DNA from: an uncultured Actinomycetota bacterium
Lineage (GTDB): Bacteria > Actinomycetota > Actinomycetes > Actinomycetales > Microbacteriaceae
Direction of reading: 5' to 3'
Length of the DNA stretch: 64,000 nucleotides
Assembly: GCA_963829895.1 (NCBI GenBank)
Contig: CAWHKF010000010.1
Location: 405,925-469,924 of the forward strand
Numbering within the stretch: position 1 is the first letter of the stretch; every line of letters starts with the position of its first letter. The notes beneath the pieces were generated by a model, which saw only the letters and a list, made by a program, of their open reading frames with translations, made no database searches and was not told the origin of the DNA. Shown here piece by piece: positions 47,371 to 56,500 of the stretch. The position numbers and the translations under genes were made by a program.

Positions 47371-47753
47371 TCGCCGGGCAGGACCGCGACGACGTCGACC
47401 TCGACGAGGATGTCGTAGAGGTCGGAGCCGACCGTGGTGCGCACCGGGTACGGCTCGCGGAAGAACTCTGCGTAGGCGCGGTTGTACTCGGCGAAGTCGC
47501 GCTTGAGGTGCTGCAGGTGCGCGGTGACCTTCACGACGTCGTCGAACGAGGCGCCCTTGGCGGCGAGCACGCTGCCGACGTTGCGCAGCACCTGCTGCGT
47601 CTGCTCGTACACGCCGCCCGCGACGACCTCCCCGGTCGCCGGATCCTGCGGGCCGAACCCGGCCGTGAACAGCAGGCCCGCAGCCGCCACGCCGTGGCTG
47701 TAGGGCCCGGCAGGTCGGGGGGCGTTCTCGATGAGCACGGCGTGCTTGGTCAT
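47367..47753 (-). CDS. RidA/YjgF family enamine deaminase
   Basis: PAGPYS, QT.QVL.N, DVVKV, PYPVRT, LVEVD. Confidence 0.9.
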   Translation of the reverse strand: MTKHAVLIENAPRPAGPYSHGVAAAGLLFTAGFGPQDPATGEVVAGGVYEQTQQVLRNVGSVLAAKGASFDDVVKVTAHLQHLKRDFAEYNRAYAEFFREPYPVRTTVGSDLYDILVEVDVVAVLPGE

Positions 47754-49414
47754 GGGGTTCCTCTCGTCGGGTTCTGGCTGTTCGCGTGTCGCCGTCCGGT
47801 GTCGGCAGCTGTGGTTCCCGACAGCGGGGCGGGGGAGCGGCGCAGGCCGCGGCCGGCGCGGACGCCCGTGAGCTCGCCGCCGCGCAGCACCTGCCGACCG
47901 TTGACGAACACGTCGTCGATACCGCGGGCCGGGCGCCGTGGTGCGTCGTAGGTCGCGGCATCCGTTGCCGTCGAGGGATCGACGACGGCGATGTCGGCCA
48001 CGTTACCCGTGCGCAGGATGCCGCGCTCGTGCAGTCCGAACCGCGCGGCGGTGCGCGCCGAGAGGTGGACGGCCGCGTCCTCCCACGAGAAGGACCTGCC
48101 GACGTACGTGCCGAGGAAGCGGGCGAAGGCGCCCCACGCGCGCGGGTGGGGGACGGCGCCGACGAAGATGCCGTCCGACCCGCCGGTGTGCGCGGGATGC
48201 GCGAACAGGCGCGCGAGATTCTCGATCGATCGCTCTTCGCGCACCGCCATCACCGCGCTGACCTCGAGGCGCCCCGCGATCAGGAGATCCAGCGTCGCGT
48301 CCTCGACGGAGGTGGCGCGCCGAGCAGCGATCTGGGCCAGCGTGAGGCCGGCCGCCCACGCCCAGTCCTCGGCGGGGGTGTGCGCGACGCGGATCATCGT
48401 CGGCCAGTCCGGCCCGAGGCTGGGCTTGTGCGAGACGGCGGGAAACCACTCCTCCCGCAGCTGCGTGCGCTGCGCCGGGCTCGACAGCCGGGCGACGGCG
48501 TCTTCGACGTCCAGTGCGCTGTACTCCGGCGGGAGCACCGCCATCGACACCAGCGTGCAGCCGCGCGTGTACGGGTACATGTCGAACGAGAGGTCGGCTC
48601 CGGATGCCGCGGCCTCGGCGAGAAGGCGTTCAGCGTCCGCGGCATCCACATGCAGGTGGGAGACGTGGCCGCGCACGCCGTCGTGGGACTCGCCCGCAGC
48701 GCAGATCGCGACGACTTCGCGGAGCCCGGCCGCCGTGTTCGTCTCGTAGCCGCCCCGCATGTGCGTGACGTACAGCGCGCCCGCGTCGGCGACCGGGGCG
48801 CACAGCTCGGCGAGCTCGGCGGTGCCGGCGAAGAGCCCGGGGACGTAGTCCAGTCCGCTCGACAGACCGAGCGCCCCCTCGGCGAGCCCGTCTGCCACGA
48901 GTTGCTGCATGCGGGCGAGCTGCGCGGCATCCGCTCGTCCGCCGCCCATGCTCATCACCTCGTGGCGCACCGTTCCGGCGGGCACGAGGTAGCCGACGTT
49001 GACGGGCGTGGTGGCGTCGTACGAGTGCAGCAGCTCGCCGACGCCGCCGCCCGCGTAGGTCGGGTGCGGGCCGTTGATCGCCGCGAAGTAGCGGGTCGCC
49101 CACTCGCCGGAGCCGGGGGCGTACGAGACGCCGTCCTGGCCGCCGACCACGGTCGTGATGCCCTGGCGCAGCAGCGCGAGCTGCACGTCGTTCTGGAACA
49201 CAGCGCCGTCGGCGTGCGCGTGGGCGTCGATGAAGCCGGGCATCACGAGGCGGCCGCGACAGTCGACGTCGTGATCGTCGGGGCGAGGAGGGATCTCGCC
49301 GATGTCGGCGATCCGATCGCCGACGACCAGGACGTCGGCGTCGCGCCGCGGTGCGCCCGTTCCGTCGATCACCGTCCCGCCGCGCAGCACCGTGCGGTCG
49401 GGATGGACAGTCAT
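47750..49414 (-). CDS. N-acyl-D-amino acid deacylase (amidohydrolase)
   Basis: PGFIDAHAH, QGITT, THMR, GSDG, PHPRAWG. Confidence 0.85.
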   Translation of the reverse strand: MTVHPDRTVLRGGTVIDGTGAPRRDADVLVVGDRIADIGEIPPRPDDHDVDCRGRLVMPGFIDAHAHADGAVFQNDVQLALLRQGITTVVGGQDGVSYAPGSGEWATRYFAAINGPHPTYAGGGVGELLHSYDATTPVNVGYLVPAGTVRHEVMSMGGGRADAAQLARMQQLVADGLAEGALGLSSGLDYVPGLFAGTAELAELCAPVADAGALYVTHMRGGYETNTAAGLREVVAICAAGESHDGVRGHVSHLHVDAADAERLLAEAAASGADLSFDMYPYTRGCTLVSMAVLPPEYSALDVEDAVARLSSPAQRTQLREEWFPAVSHKPSLGPDWPTMIRVAHTPAEDWAWAAGLTLAQIAARRATSVEDATLDLLIAGRLEVSAVMAVREERSIENLARLFAHPAHTGGSDGIFVGAVPHPRAWGAFARFLGTYVGRSFSWEDAAVHLSARTAARFGLHERGILRTGNVADIAVVDPSTATDAATYDAPRRPARGIDDVFVNGRQVLRGGELTGVRAGRGLRRSPAPLSGTTAADTGRRHANSQNPTRGTP

Positions 49415-49488
49415 CGAGGCCTCCGTGGCAGCGCGGGCCCCGGCTGACCCGCGGGGGAATTCTACGCAGTCCGCGGCGCGCGCAGGCG

Positions 49489-50557
49489 TCAGTGCCCGAG
49501 CGCCGCGAGCGCGAGGTCGACGTCGTCCTCGTCGTTGAAGACGTGGAACGCGACCCGCGCCCGCCCCGACCGCCCGGACGCCGTGATGCCCGCGCTGGTG
49601 AGCCGTGCGAGCTCGCTGCGGTCGGGGTCGTCCCACGTGACGATCGCCGACGCGCGCTCGGGCTCCGGGATGCCCAGCCCGGCACGGAAGGCGGCCGCGA
49701 GACCCGTGGAGTGGGCATGCAGCTCGAGCGGGTCGAGTGCGGCGAACAGCTCCAGCGCCGGTGCGGCGCCGACGAACGCCTGCCAGGCCGGCGACACATC
49801 GAATCGGCGTGCATCGGGGGCCAGCTCGACTTCGCCGCCGTAGCACGACGCCCACGGGTCGTCGCCGGCGTACCAGCCCGCGTTGACGCGGCGTCATGCG
49901 GGCGGCGAGCCGATCCGACACCGTCAGGAACGACACCCCGCGCGGCGCGCAGAGCCACTTGTACGCGTGGCAGACCACGGCATCGAAGACGGATGCCTCG
50001 ACCGGGAGCCAGCCGACGGCCTGGGTCGCGTCGCACAGCGTGAGTGCGCCGTGCTGCGCCGCTGCGGTCACGATGGCTGCGGCGTCCGCCACCTCGCCGG
50101 TGGCGGACTGCACGACCGAGAAGGCGACGAGAGCGGTGCTGGGGCGGACATGTGCGGCGAGGTCGCGCAGGGGAGCGGTCCGCACCACGAGACCGCGCCC
50201 GGAATGCACGAAGGGCAGCACCATCGACGAGAACTCGCCGTCGGGGACGAGCACCTCGGCGCCGTCGGGCAGCGCCGACGCCACCATCCCCGCCGCGACG
50301 GAGGTCTGCGAGCCGATCGCCACGCGCTCCGCGCCGATGCCGACGAGAGATGCGAACAGCCCTCGCGAGCGCTCCACCGCCGCACAGTAGGCGGCGAGGT
50401 CGGGCCGACCGGAGGCGGCGGCATCGAGGTCGGCGATCACGGCACGGCGCGTCGCGCGGCTGGGCAGGCCCACCGTGCACGCGGCGAGGTAGTCGCGGCC
50501 CCCGTCGAACTCGCGCCGGGCGGCGACGAGGGCGGGAGAGTCGGCGATCGTGGCCAT
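49489..50557 (-). CDS. Class V PLP aminotransferase-fold enzyme; frameshift near 49885
   Basis: VQSATG, DATQAVG, HAYKWL..PRG, RVAFHVFN; no desulfurase active-site Cys loop seen. Confidence 0.8.
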
Positions 50558-50613
50558 GCCTCCAGCGTGGAGGCCGCGATAGCGCACGTCTACGGCAGGT
50601 GTTCCATGCCCTC

Positions 50614-50630
50614 CATAACGAAAGCTTATG
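50614..50630. promoter_or_regulatory. LysR recognition box (T-N11-A) in divergent promoter
   Basis: CATAA-N7-TTATG overlapping LysR -10 TATGAT. Confidence 0.6.
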
Positions 50631-50638
50631 ATTGGCGC

Positions 50639-51672
50639 GTGACCGATGTGTTCGACGACGATCCGGGTTTCGACGCGCGCGAGCTGCGCGTCGTCAAGGC
50701 CGATCGCCGACGCCGGGTCGATCACCGGAGCGGCGCTCGCCCTCGGGTACAGCCAGCCGGCGGTCAGCCAGCAGCTCAAGCGCCTCGAACAGCGCCTCGG
50801 CGTGGCCATCGTCGAGCGGGTGGGGCGGAGCGTCCGCCTCACCGATGCCGGCCGCATCCTCGCGCGGCACGCCCCCGCCGTGACGACGGCGCTGGATGCC
50901 GCCGCCGGCGAGCTCGCCGAGCTGCGAGGGCTGCGCGCCGCGCGCGTGCGGCTGGTGGCCTTCCCGTCGGCGTCGCCCACGATCGTCCCGCGCCTGCTGG
51001 CGGACCTCGCTCTGCGGCATCCGGGAATCTCCCTCACGTACGTCGAGGCCGAGCCGCCCGAGGCGGTCGAGGCGGTCCGCGAGGACCGCACGGACATCGC
51101 CCTCACCTTCAGCTATCCGGGCGACCGCGACGACCCGCACGGATCCAGCGCCCGCGGGCTCTCGGTGAACACCGTCGGCGCCGACGAGCTGCTCGCCGTG
51201 CTGCCCGCCGGCCACCCCGCGGCCGGCGGCGAGCGTGCTCGACGTCGGAGTGCTCGCCGACGAGGACTGGATCGCGGGGTGCCCCCGCTGCCGCGGTCAC
51301 CTGCTCGAGCTGTGCGGTCGCGCCGGCTTCGCACCGCGCATCGCCTTCGAGACCGACAACTTCGTGGCCGTCGAGGGCCTGGTCGCCCAGGGCATCGGCG
51401 TGGCGACCCTGCCGAGGATGGCGGTCGAGTCGTTCCCGCAGCTGCCCGGGGTCGCGGTCGTGCCGCTGCCGGCCGGCGAGCAGCGGCGCATCCACACCGT
51501 CACTGCGCGAGGGGCCGACCGCGTGCCCGCGGTCCGCGCGACGCTGGACGCGCTGGCGCGCCTGATCGCCATGACCGACGGCCGCGCCGAGGCGGCTGCC
51601 TCCCGCAATCCGGGACTGCCGGCCGTCGCGGCTTCGCTGACTAAACTCGAACGCGATGCCTTCTTCGCCTGA
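50639..51672 (+). CDS. LysR family regulator; frameshifts near 50700 and 51230
   Basis: [41 protein letters not shown]. Confidence 0.9.
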
Positions 51673-53189
51673 TCCCCGCACCACGACCGCCACCGGCGCC
51701 GACGTCCGCGTCCGGTTCTGCCCGTCACCGACGGGTCTGCCGCACGTCGGACTCATCCGCACCGTGCTGTTCAACTGGGCGTACGCGCGCCACAACGGCG
51801 GCAAGCTCGTGTTCCGCATCGAAGACACGGATGCCGCGCGCGACAGCGAGGAGAGCTACCTGCAGCTGCTCGACGCGCTGCGGTGGCTCGAGATCGACTG
51901 GGACGAGGGCGTCGAGGTCGGCGGGCCGCACGCGCCGTACCGGCAGTCGGAGCGCCACGGCATCTATCGCGAGGTGCTCGACCGGCTCATCGCCGCCGGC
52001 GCGGTGTACGAGAGCTACTCGACGGCCGAAGAGATCGACGCGCGCAACGAGGCCAACGGCCGGGCGAAGCAGCTCGGCTACGACAACTTCGACCGCGGCC
52101 TGACCGACGAGCAGAAGGCGGCCTTCCGTGCCGAGGGCCGCGAGCCGGCCTGGCGCCTGCGCGTCCCCGATGAGGACCTGACCTATGTCGACCTCATCCG
52201 CGGCGAGGTGACCTTCCCCGCCGGGTCGTTCCCCGACTTCGTGCTGGTGCGCGCCGGGGGAGTGCCGCTCTACCCGTTCGTGAACCCGGTCGACGACGCG
52301 CTCATGGGCATCACCCACGTCATCCGCGGTGAAGACCTCATGCCGTCGACCGCCCGCCAGCTCGCCCTCTACCGGGCGCTCGTCGACGCGGGCGTGACGA
52401 CATTCATCCCGCGGTTCGCGCACATGCCACTGGTGCTCGGCGAAGAGGGCAACAAGAAGCTCTCGAAGCGCGACCCGAAGGCCGACCTCTTCCTGCAGCG
52501 CGAGAAGGGCTTCATCCACGAGGGGCTGCTCAACTACCTCGCCCTCCTCGGCTGGTCGATCGCTCCCGACCGCGACGTGTTCTCGCTCGAGGAGCTCGTC
52601 GCCGCGTTCGACATCGTCGATGTGAACCCCAACCCCGCGCGCTTCGACCAGAAGAAGGCCGAATCCATCAACGGCGACCACATCCGGATGCTGCCGCCGG
52701 CCGAGTTCGCCGAGCGCCTGGTGCCGTATCTCACGGCCGCCGGCGTCGATCGACGAGAACCCGACACCCGCGCAGCAGGCGATGCTCGCGGCATCCGCCC
52801 CCCTCGTGCAGGAGCGGATGCAGCTTCTCGGCGACGCGCCCGGGCTGCTGGGCTTCCTCTTCACCGACGTCGTCGCATACCAGGACGACGCCCTCGCGTC
52901 GCTGCCCGCGAACGCGAACGAGGTGCTCGCCGCCTCGGTCGCTGCCCTCGAGCAGGTGTCCGACACGGAGTTCACCGCCGCCGCGGTGCAGGACGCCCTG
53001 GCCGGGGCGCTGATCTCGCCCGTCGAGGACGGCGGACTCGGCCTCAAGCCGCGCGTCGCATACGGCCCGCTGCGAGTCGCACTGAGCGGACGCCGCATCT
53101 CGCCGCCGCTGTTCGAGTCGATGGAGCTGCTCGGCAAGTCCGAGTCGATCCGCCGGCTGGATGCGCTGGTCGCGTTCCGAGCCGGGTAG
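51656..53189 (+). CDS. gltX: Glutamyl-tRNA synthetase; frameshift near 52750
   Basis: [38 protein letters not shown]. Confidence 0.97.
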
Positions 53190-53295
53190 GGCGCTCCGCG
53201 TGACTCGCCCGGGATGCGCGGCGGGCCGTGTCGGTTTGGATGAGCCGCCGAAGTCGCGTAGACTCATTCCTCGGCACGGCTTCGGCTGACAGCCT

Positions 53296-53370
53296 TGGGG
53301 TATGGTGTAATTGGCAACACGGAGGTTTCTGGTACCTTTGTTCTTGGTTCGAGTCCAGGTACCCCAGCCA
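53296..53370 (+). tRNA. tRNA-Gln (anticodon CTG)
   Basis: TGGGGTA..TACCCCA-GCCA acceptor, anticodon loop TTCTGGT, GGTTCGAGTCC; TAGACT -10 at 53259. Confidence 0.97.
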
Positions 53371-53375
53371 ACGAG

Positions 53376-53401
53376 AAAACCCCCGCTCAGCGGGGGTTTT
53401 T
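53376..53401. terminator. Bidirectional intrinsic terminator
   Basis: AAAACCCCCGC-tca-GCGGGGGTTTTT. Confidence 0.85.
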
Positions 53402-53484
53402 CGTTTTCCTCGGGCACTTCGCCCGACAGGATGCTCCGGCCCGTGCCTATGCTCCCGCCAGGGTGTGCATTCCGGTCCGTTGCG

Positions 53485-53532
53485 AAGATCAGTGAGCTCA
53501 CGGATCTTCTGGGTGCGCCGGAGTGTGACGCT
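53485..53532 (+). promoter_or_regulatory. 24-bp palindromic activator box (copy 1) plus weak -10
   Basis: AAGATCAGTGAG|CTCACGGATCTT (11/12 pairs), 18 nt, GACGCT, 6 nt, GTG at 53539. Confidence 0.7.
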
Positions 53533-53538
53533 GGCCGT

Positions 53539-53727
53539 GTGCGCATCGAGATCTGGGTGGACGGCGACGATCCGCCGGCGGGGCACGTTGCCGACGGCAG
53601 CGTGGGCGTGCCGTTCTGCGGGTGGATCGACCTCTTAGCCGTGCTGTCCCAGATCGTCGGCACGCCGGGAGACGAGGACGGCCAGCTCAGTCCGCGAGCG
53701 GAGCCCGAGCTTGGCGAGGACGTTTGA
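53539..53727 (+). CDS. 62-aa leaderless small protein overlapping the LuxR 3' end in antisense
   Basis: MRIEIWVDGDDPPAGHV..FCGWIDLLAVLSQIV; start at predicted +1 of the boxed promoter. Confidence 0.6.
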   Translation: MRIEIWVDGDDPPAGHVADGSVGVPFCGWIDLLAVLSQIVGTPGDEDGQLSPRAEPELGEDV

Positions 53728-56500
53728 CACATGCGTCTCGACCGTTCGTCGCGACACGCTCAGCGACTGTGCGATCTCGGGGTTGGTGGCGCCCGTGGCA
53801 ACGTGCCCCGCGATCCGCTCCTCGGTGCGCGTGAGGGCGTCCCAGCCGGAGGTGGGCCGGGTGCGCGGGTGTGTGCGGATCTGGATGCCGGCGCGCCGGA
53901 ACGACGCTCGCGCGCGGACCACGTCGTAGTCGGCCCCGACCTCGGCGTACGAGCGCAACGATGCCTCGGCCAGCGCCCGGCGCTCGTCGCCCCGAGAGGG
54001 CAGCGCGCCGGCGGCAAGCTCCGCGATCCGCGCATGATCGAGCCGTCGCGGGGTTTCCGCCAGCATCCGGGTCGCCTCGAGGAGCGGATCCGCGCTCTTC
54101 GTCGCGCGCCCCCGCACGGCCAGCGCGGTGGCTCGCAGGTCGGAGACCGCCGGATTGCGGTCGGCGAGGGCAGTCAGGACGTCGACCACTTCGAACGCGC
54201 GCTCGCGTGCGACGGCCCGCTCCGGGGAATCGGAGTCCGCCATCGTTGCAGCGACGTCGACCAGCGCCAGCCCGAGCTCTGCGCAGTCCATCAGCATGTC
54301 CGCCTCGTGCAGCTCTCGCCATCCGCTCCACAGCACGTCGAGGGCCGCGGCGTCGACGCGGCCGTCTCGCGTGAGGCGGCTCAGTCCGAGCCAGATCCAG
54401 CTGCGCCCTCGGCCGGCCCAGCTTGCGCGGGCTGGTACAGGGTCCAGCCCGGCCGCCCACTCCCGCGCCGCGTCGGGGCCGTGCTGGCTCGCGACCACGC
54501 AGGTCCGCAACCCGAGGACGGGACCACCCATCCGCACGTCCATCGACCCGACCATCGAGCGATGGGCGTCGAGCTCGGCAGAGATGTCGGAGAGGCTGCT
54601 GATGTGGCCGCGCACTGTGCGCCGAATGCATGGGCGGCGAGAACGCCGGTGCGGTACGAACTCCTCCGACACCTGCAGACTGCGCTGAAGCAGCTCGAAC
54701 ACGTCGGCGGTGCGGCCCGCATCGGCCAGCGCCAACGCCAGAAGCGCGTGCGGGAACGACTCGATCGACGCGAGACGGAGGTGCCGATCGGCACGCTGCG
54801 TGGCCAGGGTCAGCAGGGTGATCGCGTCGTCGAGATCGCCTGCAGGTCGCGATCTGCCGATGTAGTGTGAGAAGCCATTACTTCAGCTCGGGGTTGTCAG
54901 CCTCGGCAGCGATGGCGGACCTCATGCGCGAGCCGTTTCGCTGCGAGGTCGCTGAGCATGAAGCGCGGCGAGCCTGCGAAGGCGAGATGGGCGCGATCGG
55001 GTAGGCTCGAGGACGTTGGCGACGGTGTACTTCTTGAACTGTCGCGCGCGGCGATGTTGCGGTGCCGCTGCATCAGCGCATGGTGTAGGTTGCAGAGGTT
55101 CGTCAGCAGATCCCGGGGACCTCGTGGTTGAGCGCGCTTGGCGAGGGCGGTCGACTGCGCGGCGTGACTCGCGCTCAGCTCTCGCACGCGCCAGGCCCGC
55201 GGTGGCGTGGACGTCGAGGGGTCGCCGCGATCAATCGCCTCGACGAGATTGACCAGAAGCTCGGTGGCGGTGGCGGGTGCGATCACGGCGGTGTTCTGAG
55301 CGAGAAATGCAGCATCGAGTTCAGGTCTTCGGCAGAGGTTGCGCTGCAGCAGATGTGCCGTGATGATCCTCGGGCGGGACCTGTGCGGCGTCCAGGTGCA
55401 TCGTGATTGCGTCGAAGCCCGCCCGTACTGCGCGGCAAGATCGTGGTAGTAGACGTCCTGGATGAAGTCGTGCCGGAAGCTGATGAGATCCTGGTCGATT
55501 CTCGAGGAACTCTTGCCGCGAAAGATCCGCAGGAGCGGCACGAGGGTGGTCATCGGCTGGTCGGCGACGATCCGCAGGCGGGCCATGAAGAAGCGGGTGC
55601 CGAGCAGCGCTCGCCGAGGGTGAGCAGCTCGCGTGTCGGCACGCTCAGGCGGCTGAGGTGGCGCAATCACCATCGCCAGCGACGGCGAGGGACCGAGCGG
55701 GGAGTCCAGCAGCGCCTCGCCCCCGAGCGATCGTGAACGCGCCGTCAACGCGCAGCGCGCGGATCATCTCGGTGACGAACAGGGGGTCGCGCTCGCTGTG
55801 CCGATGTAGCGCTTGAGCAGATCGCCGATTCTCCGCGGTCAAGCGCTTGGCGATCGCTATGCAGGTCGCGCCGTCGAGCAAGCCGAGCTCGAATCGGGAC
55901 CAGCAGGTCGCGCTCGTGAGTATGTTGAGCAGATGATCGACTTCGGCGGCGTTGATGACGGGCCTGTGCGCCAATCGACCGAGAATGACCAGCGGCAGCT
56001 GCTCGAGCGTGCGGCTCAGACGTGCCAGCAGCCGGAGCGATGCGGCATCCGCCCACTGCAGGTCCTCGAGCACGAGCGCGGTCGGATCCGTGGCGACCGT
56101 GTCGATCAGCGACAGCAGTCGCTCGCCGACCGCATGCTCGTTCTGCCGTGCGGCGGTGCGCCGCCGGTCCTCGTCGAGCATCGGCGCGAAGGCATCCAGC
56201 AGGAGTCCGTGGGTGCGTCGGTCCATCGCATCGGCCGACGCGTGCAGCACGGTGTGGCCCGGCGGTATCTGCCCGACCGCCGCGGCGAGCAGCGTCGTCT
56301 TCCCGATGCCTCCTTCGCCACGCACCAGGAAGTCTCGGCGTCGCGGACTCACGCCGACGAGCAGGCGACCGACGCGGCTGGATCAGCGCCGAGGCGGCGC
56401 GCGACGACGGTCGCGCGGCTGCCGTCCCGAGCGCTGGGAGCGGAGATCGACATCGACGGGGCGGGCTCGACAGCTCGGCTCGCTGCGGTCGCGCCCGCAA
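53635..56500 (-). pseudogene. Large ATP-binding LuxR (LAL/STAND) regulator, fragmented between about 54750 and 56500, start missing
   Basis: Walker A GEGGIGKTT, Walker B LVLEDLQWAD, PLFVTE, FRHD; intact C-terminal HTH LTRTEERIA..NPEIAQSLSVSRRTVETHVSNVLAKLG. Confidence 0.75.

Noticed and set aside
47750-51106. Apparent fusions in the ORF track (aminotransferase-deacylase 1118 aa, ilvB-ilvN, serA-DUF2867, ABC 854 aa)
   Set aside because: Artefacts of frameshifts running one gene into the frame of the next.
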